Assembly: GCA_965218975.1 (NCBI GenBank)
Contig: OZ244717.1
Coordinates: 96,001 to 160,000, forward strand
DNA length: 64,000 nucleotides
From: Candidatus Oxydemutatoraceae bacterium
Lineage (GTDB): Bacteria > Pseudomonadota > Gammaproteobacteria > Poriferisulfidales > Oxydemutatoraceae
Direction: 5' to 3'
Shown: positions 53,026 through 62,813 of the stretch, one piece after another
Numbering within the stretch: the first letter of the stretch is position 1
Layout: each line of letters starts with the position of its first letter
Translations under genes and position numbers: made by a program
The notes under the pieces: generated by a model
The model's input: the letters and a program-made list of their open reading frames with translations, nothing else
Told to the model about the DNA's origin: nothing
Databases searched by the model: none

Positions 53026-53130
53026 TGTGTGTATAAGTCCATAACATTTAGCACTCCGGCGGCACTTCGGGTGGTGAGTCAAAAGCGATTGTATCGGGGA
53101 CTGCAACCCCAGTGAATGTCAGTGAATAAT

Positions 53131-53830
53131 GGGTGAGCCGCGCCTCGGAAAACCGAATGGGTGAGCCGCGCCCGGAAAACCAATTGGTTTTCAGCGGCGA
53201 ACGACCCGACAAGGGCGTCGGGGCTGGGGTTTATTTGCAGAACCAAGCTTCGTCATGGACGACATGTACTGTGCTAATAATCCGGTACAATCTGCCACCA
53301 AACGCAAAACTGATAAGCCGCGCCCGGAAAACCAATTGGTTTTCAGCGGCGAACGACCCGACAAGGACGTCGGGGCTGGGGTTTATTTGCAGAACCAAGC
53401 TTCGTCATGGACGACATGTACTGTGCTAATAATCCGGTACAATCTGCCACCAAATGCAAAACTGATAAGCCGCGCCCGGAAAACCAATTGGTTTTCAGCG
53501 GCGAACGACCCGACAAGGACGTCGGGGCTGGGGTTTATTTGCAGAACCAAGCTTCGTCATGGACGACATGTACTGTGCTAATAATCCGGTACAATCTGCC
53601 ACCAAACGCAAAACTGATAAGCCGCGCCCGGAAAACCAATTGGTTTTCAGCGGCGAACGACCCGACAAGGACGTCGGGGCTGGGGTTTATTGACAGCACG
53701 AAATGGACGACAAGCTCTGTCAAGGACGACATGTGGCACAATCCGGCACAATCCACCAACAACCCTGCACAATCCGGCACAACCCTGCTACCAAACACAA
53801 AACGGGTGAGCCGCGCCCGGAAAATCGATC
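53131..53830. repeat. tandem array of extended module: 152-bp period (units at 53165, 53317, 53469, 53621) plus two partial units
   Basis: Direct reading; the first three units are nearly identical. Confidence 0.95.
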
Positions 53831-54165
53831 TCTTGACTTCGTAGGTTTTGGCCTTGATTTTGGTTTGGTCGCGGCAAATCTTCCTGTACGATTCTCCAGA
53901 CGACCGCAAAATCAATCTCAAAATAGCCATGTACGATGCGATTGCGCAAACTGATGATGTGAGGCCAAGAAATTTCCCGATGTGCTTTCCTAATATCTTC
54001 ACTGACACGGGAAGCGCCTTCTCCCACAATTTCCAGCACTTTAAGAATCGCATTCCGGTGTAAATCGCTCTGTACAAACTGCGAGTAAGTAAGTCCTTTT
54101 GCAAATGCTATTGCCTTACGTGCAGCTACCAGCATATCAAGCAGGTAGGCGTCGTCACGCCGCAT
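53788..54165 (-). CDS. HepT-like (DUF86) HEPN ribonuclease; in frame but with a foreign C-terminus
   Basis: MRRDDAYLLDML...RNRIVHGY; runs into the repeat array after DLPR. Confidence 0.8.
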   Translation of the reverse strand: MRRDDAYLLDMLVAARKAIAFAKGLTYSQFVQSDLHRNAILKVLEIVGEGASRVSEDIRKAHREISWPHIISLRNRIVHGYFEIDFAVVWRIVQEDLPRPNQNQGQNLRSQEIDFPGAAHPFCVW

Positions 54166-54463
54166 AGATGACTTCAACGGAATCTAGAATCGCCTTCCGG
54201 CGAATGTAGTTATGGCTTTGCTCCACTGACGTACGTGTCAGAACATCCACTCGTCTACCGAACAAGTCTGATAACTCAGAGGCTATACTGACAAACTTCA
54301 ACCCCGGCGTATGACCTGGCGCAAACTCTACCAGTATGTCAACGTCGCTCTCCGGTCCGAAATCTTTTCTTAATGCTGAACCAAAGATCGCGAGCTGGAC
54401 TATGCCGTTTGCACGACAGAACTCAGCAACGCGGTCCTTTGGAATGTACAAACCCGGATTCAT
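54155..54463 (-). CDS. MntA-like nucleotidyltransferase antitoxin (second copy)
   Basis: GSALRKDFGPESDVD; the upstream in-frame extension QQKHDAL is IS-derived. Confidence 0.9.
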   Translation of the reverse strand: MNPGLYIPKDRVAEFCRANGIVQLAIFGSALRKDFGPESDVDILVEFAPGHTPGLKFVSIASELSDLFGRRVDVLTRTSVEQSHNYIRRKAILDSVEVIYAA

Positions 54464-54759
54464 GCTAATGAGGGCATCGTGTTTCTGTTGAATCTTAGAG
54501 CGTTCATGAGCCTCCATTCTTGAAGCTAAATTGGCTCATATAGAAATCTTTGATGCGGTGGCCGATGTGCTGATATTGCATGTCGGTCACCTTTTTAAAT
54601 CGTGCCGTGAGTCCCATATGTATCTGGCACCATACAATATTTGTATGACCGCCACAGCTGCACACTAGTGTTGTTGAATGACGGCCCGACAAGGGTAATC
54701 AAGGATGGTCAGGGATAGTCTAAGCGGGGGGATGGTTCAATGCCCAGTACGATGTTCGC

Positions 54760-55561
54760 GTGAAATGCCGCAATAACTACAGGCATTTGTTTGAACTATG
54801 CAAGTTTTTGAGATCACCAATGTTATTGATCAACTCAGAGGTAGAACAGTGGATCGCGCCTGCGCTATTCCTTGCTTGGGACCGGCACATTCTAAATGGT
54901 GGCCTAGATGACAAAATGTCCTTGATGGATCTTATAACCTCAGAAGAATTTTACAAACTACTCGGAGTGACACAGGAATTCGTAACTATGCGGGCAAACC
55001 GACTAGTTGATCTATACATTAACGTCGGACGTCGGACGTCTCGCCCGCCTCCTTAGTGCAAAAAAGTTACCTTCGGTTGAGGCTGGTAAAGATGCAGCCA
55101 TACTTGATGCGCGAGAACCACCTGAAGTGCCCGAAGAAGAAGGACTTGAATGGCTTGAACAACAGGTATCAGATGAGGCTGTTGAACGGCAGCCGGTTGA
55201 ACGGCAGGAGCAGAAACGCAACCGAAAAAAGGCAGCTGCACTTAAAAAGCACTACGACAACACCTGCATGTTCTGTGGTGCTCGGCCACAGGTTTCGGAG
55301 GATACTTTCTACTCGGAAGCTGCACACATTAGGGGTTTAGGCGAACTTCACAATGGACCTGACAAAGCGAGTAATATGATCGTGTTGTGCCCAAATCACC
55401 ATCCACAATTTGACCAAGGCATGCTCCGGCTTTACAAGGACGGCGCCCGCTACCGCATCATATCAAAAATAGTAGGTGGCCCATTGCATGGAAAAGAAAT
55501 TGCCCTAGCGCACTCTGTTGACGACTACTGCATAGAGTGCCATTACAACTGGCTTAAGTAG
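54760..55561 (+). pseudogene. HNH endonuclease split by a 7-bp duplication
   Basis: CMFCG...EAAHI...LCPNHH..FD; removing one CGTCGGA (55023-55036) joins ORFs 54760 and 55007 in frame. Confidence 0.75.
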
Positions 55562-55573
55562 ACAAGAATTTAG

Positions 55574-56308
55574 GTGAAAATTGTGGAGCTCTCGGTACTG
55601 GAATACAACTGGGGTACTGCAAGGGAAGATATACAGAGGGTCCTAATAGATACTGCCTCTCATATCAACAGAGAACTGAGGCATAAGTTTGATGGCAAGA
55701 TCAATGTGTTAAATCTTCCAGAGGAAAATAGCCCGAAAACCTACTACAGAAACTTGTCCAGTGATTCTTATCGCATCAATTTAACTGCCAACGATAACAG
55801 ATGGAGTCAGTTTGCTTACCAGTTCGCGCACGAATTTTGCCATGTCCTGTCAGGCCACGAAAACTTAAGGGGCAACCCTAACAACTGGTTTCATGAATCA
55901 ATCTGTCAACTTGCTTCCTTATTTACACTTCGCAGGATGGGTGAACGTTGGCCATCAAATCCGCCGTCTCCCAACTGGGCAGATTACGCGACTAGTCTGA
56001 CATGCTACGCGAAAGACATTCTTGTGAATGCCAGGCAGTATTCGCCTCCAGATGGCAAATTTGATGCTTGGCTGCAATCTAACGAAAAGCAATTGCGAAG
56101 CGATCCGTATCTGCGTAAAAAAAACCTCGTAGTCGCAGCTAGGCTTCTTCCCCTGTTCGAACAGCAAATGCAAGGCTGGAATGTTATCACCAAACTTCCA
56201 AACTCGATGTCTAGGTTTCCCAAATATCTGTCAGAATGGAAGTTAGATATTGATCCTGAAGACCGGCTTTTTTTAGAACAAGTGAAAAACAAGTTAACCG
56301 GAATGTAG
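55574..56308 (+). CDS. uncharacterised zincin-like metallopeptidase
   Basis: FAHEFCH (HExxH) followed by NWFHES. Confidence 0.65.
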   Translation: MKIVELSVLEYNWGTAREDIQRVLIDTASHINRELRHKFDGKINVLNLPEENSPKTYYRNLSSDSYRINLTANDNRWSQFAYQFAHEFCHVLSGHENLRGNPNNWFHESICQLASLFTLRRMGERWPSNPPSPNWADYATSLTCYAKDILVNARQYSPPDGKFDAWLQSNEKQLRSDPYLRKKNLVVAARLLPLFEQQMQGWNVITKLPNSMSRFPKYLSEWKLDIDPEDRLFLEQVKNKLTGM

Positions 56309-56384
56309 GGTTATCTACCTTGGCATCAAGAGCCATTGGGGTCACTGCGGTTACTACACGCAACACTGCTCGTGAATCAAATAA

Positions 56385-56819
56385 CCGGTCCTGTAACGAT
56401 TTTTCATTGACCCTAATTCCCGATTCTGTTCTGATCGCATCATTGATCTGTGGCGACTGCAGACCCAGTCGCAACAAGTCCTTTGCCGGTATCCCGGTAA
56501 AAACGCCAATACAAAAACCATCCATCGCACCGATGCGACCCTTCATCCGAAAGGTATTCAAGGGCACAGCACGCAACCTGCAGGTACACACTATCTGTCC
56601 AGACGTGCCAGGCATCCGGAGCTCTTTATTGTCCATACGATCCGCAACAGACCGCCACAGGCTGGAATCCACCAGCCAGGCGCAACCGGCGCTGCAATGT
56701 GCGACGCGGCAAGGAAACTTTTAGTGCATTTTTTATCTCTTCTACGGCCCCCCCTCAGGAAACTTCGCAACAATTTGTAGTACGGAATCAAGTTCAATTT
56801 GAGAAACTTTTTTTGGCAT
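56385..56819 (-). pseudogene. decayed N-terminus of an HTH-containing, probably Fic-family gene
   Basis: Manual translation MPKKVSQIELDSVLQIVAKFPEG / VEEIKNALKVSLPRRTLQRRL with frameshifts; family assignment is from memory. Confidence 0.5.
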
Positions 56820-56827
56820 GGTTTTTC

Positions 56828-56892
56828 TGGCGCGATTAGTCTATTGCGCCACAATAATAATACTTATTTGGCGCATTTCAGTATTCGCGCCA
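56828..56892. promoter_or_regulatory. pair of TGGCGC-N12-GCGCCA operator-like palindromes
   Basis: 56828-56851 and 56869-56892, immediately upstream of the 56819 start. Confidence 0.6.
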
Positions 56893-56963
56893 TTTTAAGT
56901 GGCATGAAAAACTCAATTTTTATATTTATCACTGAAAAAACCCAAAATACTCTAAAAAAAATT

Positions 56964-57942
56964 TAAATAAGCTCAGAAACACTTGGAATCGTTTTGTGTT
57001 TGTACCGGATGTTCGGCGGATTGTGCCGGATTGTGCCGGGCTGTTAGCAAAGTACTTGTCGTCCATGACGAAGCTTAGTCCTGCGAATAAACCCCAGCCC
57101 CGACGTCCTTGTCGGGTCGTTCGCCGCTGAAACCCGTTCGGTTTTCCGAGCGCGCCTCACCCATGACGCGACTTGGTTCTGTCAATAAGCCCCAGCCTCG
57201 ACATCCTTGTCGGGTCGTTCGCCGCTGAAACCCGTTCGGTTTTCCGAGCGCGCCTCACCCATGACGCGACTTGGTTCTGTCAATAAGCCCCAGCCTCGAC
57301 ATCCTTGTCGGGTCGTTCGCCGCTGAAACCCGTTCGGTTTTCCGAGCGCGCCTCACCCATGACGCGACTTGGTTCTGTCAATAAGCCCCAGCCTCGACAT
57401 CCTTGTCGGGTCGTTCGCCGCTGAAACCCGTTCGGTTTTCCGAGCGCGCCTCACCCATGACGCGACTTGGTTCTGTCAATAAGCCCCAGCCTCGACATCC
57501 TTGTCGGGTCGTTCGCCGCTGAAACCCGTTCGGTTTTCCGAGCGCGCCTCACCCATGACGCGACTTGGTTCTGTCAATAAGCCCCAGCCTCGACATCCTT
57601 GTCGGGTCGTTCGCCGCTGAAAACCGTTCGGTTTTCCGGGGCGCGGCTCACCCGTTTTGTGTTTGGTGGCAGATTATTAGCAAAGTGCTTGGTGCAGGTT
57701 TGTCGGCAAAGTACTTGGTGCAGGTTTGTCGGCAAAGTACTTGTCGTCCATGACGAGACTTCGTGCTGTCAATGAGCCCCAGCCCCAACGTCCATGTCGG
57801 GTCGTTCGCCGCTGAAAACCGATCGGTTTTCCGAGGCGCGGCTCACCCATTATTCACTGGCATTCACTGGGGTTGCAATCCCCGATACAATCGCTCTTGA
57901 CTCACCACTCGGAGTGCCAAATATTATAGACCTATCTATACA
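56964..57942. mobile_element. MITE-like element with IS481-type ends, filled by the module array
   Basis: Ends TAAATAAGCTCAGAAACACTTGG and (reverse) TGTATAGATAGGTCTATAATATTTGGCACTCC; no coding capacity. Confidence 0.7.
57063..57848. repeat. tandem array: six 98-bp modules (57063, 57161, 57259, 57357, 57455, 57553), a linker with 26-bp subrepeats, and a seventh module (57748)
   Basis: Direct reading; units 2-5 appear identical and there are no spacers. Confidence 0.97.
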
Positions 57943-60900
57943 ATAGCTTTCGTTTATTTAAAAAATATGGCTTGATAATTGCCCACTCTGATTGATAATA
58001 ATTGCTGCCGATACTTTTGCCTTTGGCCATAAAACTCTGAAAGACCAATCGTTTGATATCGTCATGTATCTTCAATGGCAAAACCCGGTATCGAATTTTT
58101 TCGAAATTGCTGTTATATATAACTTTCCATCCTTGCAAATGAAGCTGTTCTCTAGCTGATATGTTTTGAGTTAGATGGGCTTTAAATTTCTTACGCCCGT
58201 TCTCGTTGAAGCAAATCCCGATAATTTCTTCTGACTCTATCAGTTTCAGACAGGATAATTTCTCTTTTGTACTCAGCCCATTCTTATATTCCTTTTCTAC
58301 CTTCTTTGAAAGTAACCATTTGATGCGCACTTTGTTTATATGTCCTGAATCGTAGCACTGTAATAAATAACCGTCCTGGTATTTTGATGTTATTTTAATC
58401 GTATAATCCGCATCTGATCGTTTATTATCAGTCGTCAAAATATAGGTGCCTGATTTGTACAGATTAAAATATCTAAGCGCCCCCGCCTCATCGGAACTAA
58501 TGTTGGTATTTTCATGTTCGGAATGATTAAATTCATCCTCGCGATTGGAATTGGCATTTTCATGGACTATCTCCTCCGCGGGAGAGAATGTCTCCGGACT
58601 TCCCGCATTCCCATCTTCTTGAGCAGAAGATGACTGATCCAAAGCTGTATCCGAGTCTTCTAATCGGGAAATCATTTTCCAAAGAGGTTCCAATGTTTTA
58701 ACTCTATTCGCGTAGTATTCGAAACCTCTAACACGGAAAAATTGCCAGCCATGCCTTTCGAGCTCATTTTGACGACCTATGTCGTGTTGACGTTGTTCAA
58801 GGCCATGCCATTTGTCACCATCGCATTCGATGGCTATTTTTACCCCGTTGGGAAGCGAAGAAACTAAGTCAATGCGATATTTTCCGCTAGCAACTTTATA
58901 TTGAGGGGTAACTATTAAATTTCCTCTGACTAGATCATTATAAACCTCAACCTCAAACCAACTACCAAACGGCTTTGGCGCTTTACCTTTTTTCTTCTCT
59001 ATCGGAATACAGATTGGTTGTTGCGGCGATTTATAGTTTTTGAAGTGGTCTAGTAATTTATACCTCAAGTCTTCCTTGTTGGTTAAGTCATCTAATTGCA
59101 CCGAATGGAATAACCAGATTTGCTCTTCTGCTCTGCTGACTGCAACATTAAACCGTCTTTCATGACTTGTTTTTACAAGCGATGACCGCCTATGGTTATG
59201 TGCGGTCACTAAACTCAAGAAAATGATATCTCTTTCATCCCCTTGAAATGCAGCAGCATTGCCGCAAACTATTTTTCGCTTATGAAATTCCTCTGGCCCG
59301 ATTCGGTTTAAGAGCAAATTTTCAATGCATCTTGATTGTTGACTGCCTTGTAGTGTAATGACACCAAATGTTTTACCGTCATAACTTTCATCATGCACTA
59401 ATCTTTCGATAGTTTCGGCGATTTCTTCAGCTTCAGGCTCATTGGTGATGCTTGCTTCTTTGCCCTCCGTGTAACCCTTGTTACAAAAAATCGAAACTAA
59501 TGGTTTAAGTCTTTTTTCCGAATATTGCTTGACCGGATAAAGTGATTTTCCGTTAGGGGCATAAAAATGCTTGTTACAGAACTCTATAATCTCCGGCATA
59601 CACCGGAAATGTTCTCGCAATACTGTGGTAACCCCACTGCAAAGTATTTCCGCAATGTCGAAAAAACTATAATCCGTTTCGAAAGAGCCTGAATATGGTA
59701 TTCCTTGCAAATGTTTGTTGATAAGTGATGTTACAGAACCTTCACCCACGCCAATATATTCAGGTGATGTTTGTTTGTCGTCTCCGGCGATGATGACCTT
59801 TTTTGATATATATAAGAGAAATATCGCATCCGGCCCCAGCTGACTTGCTTCGTCAACAATGACGTAGTCGTACATTTCCGGTTTCGGTTGAACAGTTTCT
59901 GCTACCTTATATAAAGGCATAATCCAGCATGGAATGGAATCTTTACAATCCTCCATGTATTTTTGGGCCGTTCTACGATTTTTCATCGCTTTTTTGCCTC
60001 TACTCGTCTTTCCGATTTTACTTACAGCTTTTGCCCAAGCCGTCAAACTACGACTTAACTCAGGGTTTTGCTTTAATCTCTCGACCACTTTAAACCACGC
60101 CTTCTTAGCCGCAAGCTTGGCAATGCTCTCTTTTTCCTCATTTTCCAATTCTTTTATATCATCCCACAATTGTTTATCATCAACATCTGTGCGCTTTTCT
60201 ATTTCATTTTTCGCATGTCTGAACAATATTGCTTGTTCTAATCCGGGAAGATCTTGTTTAGAGAAATTACCCGATCGGATGGAAGATAAAATTTTGGGAC
60301 AAACTTCTCCAATATTTTCTTTTAGATTCACAAAGTCCTGATATCGGTTTTTATCATCCGTTAGTTTCTTTGCAGTTGTCAGGGCCTCATCGTATGAGCT
60401 GTGATCAATTCGCTTGAATGCATTCAAGATGCCTTTCTTTATCGGGTGAAAATTACCATGATTTAAGTATTCTTCTGCTTTTGCGATGACTTTCCTATAT
60501 TTCGCCACCGAATGAATCAATTCGTAGTACTTGCGCCTATCTGATAATAATTTCTCCTCCGGGACCTCTACATTCCAGATCTTCGCAAGCTCCTCAAGGT
60601 CAAGTCGGATGTCAAAATCTCTTAAAGCAATTTGAAATTCTTCTTTAGTATCGCACGGGCTCCCGTTAACCTTACACTCATCAATAAAATAAAGGCGTTC
60701 TTTGATTTCTCTGGGAAGAAAAGCCTTCAGATTGAAAAAAGGACCCGGTAATTCATGCCCCTCTTCTAAATATTTAAGTAAAGTTTCAGCGTCTTGCTTA
60801 AGCTGCCTAAGACTTTTATCTGGTAAAGCAACCTCAATGTCTCTATCAAGTTCTCTTAAATCATGCTTTTTGATTCTCTCGAGCGCCGACTCGGACTGCT

Positions 60901-62813
60901 CTAACTTCTCATGATCAAGAGATGTGCTGTCTATATTATTGAGCAAATCCGCAACATTGCTGTTAATTTTTTTTAAGTGTATCCACAAAATTTTCGTACC
61001 CTGTAAACTCATCCGGCTCGGGAAGTCTGTTGATATTGGGTATTTCATTTCCAAATTCGGGGCTATCCGTTCGTTCGCACTCGTCGCGCAATTCCATAAA
61101 CCTCCCTAAATCAGTCAGTAGTTTTTTATTGTTAACATCATCGAACGTGTCTTGATACCATTGATGCTTTGGAGCATCCGCTTCAAGTTTTTCGGCAACC
61201 TGCATCAGGGTTCCGCGATATTGGGAATTTATCTCTAACTTTCGGGTATCTTGTTTTTCGATTTCTATAAACTTATTGGTATTTTCAGCAATGCTTTCTC
61301 TTGTTTGTTTTAACCGAGTTTCCAATTCATCAATCTTGACTTGATATGAATTCAGATCTTCCCCCTTTGATAATTCTTCATTAATAGAATTTACACTTGA
61401 TTCTAAATCTTGAACGGATGACGAGTCGCCGCCGAGAAAATTAACCGTCAATTTTTGAAATTCAGGAGGCAATTTATCTTTTAATACTTCTAAAGCCGGT
61501 TTTTTATATGCCGTAATAAGAACCTTTTTACCATAGGCAAGAAGATGGCAAATCAGATTGGCAATAGTATGTGATTTCCCTGTTCCGGGAGGGCCTTGAA
61601 CCAGTACTTGATGACTTATTCCGGCCTTATTAATAATCTCAATCTGCTCATCATTCCATTCTTTAGGAAAAAGTACCGGCTCATCTCTAGGTGAAGAAGC
61701 TAAACTTTCTCCGTCGGAAAAATCACTCGCAGAATCTTTTTTCGCGCCGACTAAGCTATTTAATGCCGGTATTTCGATTCCATCAGATTCATTTTCAATA
61801 TCGTTCGATATCTTCTTATAGAGAGTAGTAAAACTTTTTGCGCTTTGTTTTCTTAACAATAACGCAGGAGAAAATAGAATGACGGGCTTTGCTGGTGGCG
61901 TGTTCGTGTTTGGTTTCTCAATAGAATTATCATAGCTTCCGTCAGACGAAACACGCTCCGCAAACATTTTCAAGCCATATTGCGTCTCGTCAGAATTATC
62001 AAAAACCGTATCTATTTTCTTTTCGTTTATATATTCCTTTGCTGCAATTTCAGCAGCAGTTATATTGTCAGGATCAAACTGTTCGGTTAGATCAAGTATA
62101 AAATCCGTTTCAATTTGCAGGGTTGATTCTAAGTCCGGGGTAATAGATATTGAAGAACTTCTTTCTGATTGCTTAAAATCAATTTCAACTCGCTGAGTTA
62201 ATATATGTCTGAATATTTTCGGTGAATCGCGATCTTTCTGAAAATTCAGTAATCCGACGCCCATTACCAACTCATACTCTTCACTAAATTGCTGCGCCCT
62301 GTTGTACATTAGAAAAAGTTTTCTGTAAACTTTGTCGAGTTTCTTATACTCATCATGCAATTTTTCATAGGATTCTTTTTTTTCATTGTAATTAATAGCG
62401 TCTTTAAGCCATTTGCCATCTCTGTACTGCTCAAACTTCTTTCGGGTCTGCGGAAATTTTTTGATCGAAAGAGTCTTACCATCTATTTCAATAGTTTCAT
62501 GCAGTTTGGGTTCATCACTCGTTTTCTTTAATGTTGACGGATCAATCCACTTTTTAAGTTCTGGCGGTGGCTCAGCAAATTGGGGTTCTACAGGTTCTCT
62601 TGGCTTAGGAATTTCAAGCCAATAATCATTATCCCGATTGAAATTCTCTCTGATGATATTTTTAAACGATTCGTCTTCCGGAATATCGTTTAACCAGATT
62701 TTTTCCGGATAAGAATTTTCTTGGAAATCAATGTTTCTTACAGACTTGCTTCTCAGCTCCGAAAATTCTTTTAGGTAATTAAATACTTGCAGATATTTCT
62801 TTTTATTGCTCAC
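57932..62813 (-). pseudogene. SF1 (AAA_11/AAA_12-type) helicase fused to a Vsr/DUF559-like endonuclease; split by a frameshift at an A8 tract
   Basis: GPPGTGKS in ORF 60963-62813; DEASQ, GDDKQ, FQGDERD, NVAVSRA and IECDGDKWH in ORF 57932-61054. Confidence 0.85.

Larger units (their letters stand above)
53030..54636 (-). mobile_element. non-autonomous IS481-derived element carrying a repeat array and a captured MNT-HEPN module
   Basis: Imperfect inverted ends TGTATAAGTCCATAACATTTAGCACTC / TGTATGGTGCCAGATACATATGGGACTC; IS 5' region (54467-54636) fused to the MNT gene. Confidence 0.75.

Noticed and set aside
6349-56963. Fixed -10 spacing outside left-type IS ends
   Set aside because: Ends at 6348, 22383, 40563, 51670 and 56964 show no such hexamer, and 14066 and 54636 give only weak TAnnnT matches, so the claim is limited to right-type ends and 53030.
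57063-57653. CRISPR array (also 53131-53830)
   Set aside because: Units are contiguous and near-identical, with no unique spacers, and no cas genes are present.
53131-57848. Integron attC sites or DGR template/variable repeats
   Set aside because: No RYYYAAC/GTTRRRY boundaries around single genes, no integrase or reverse transcriptase, and differences between copies are not adenine-specific.
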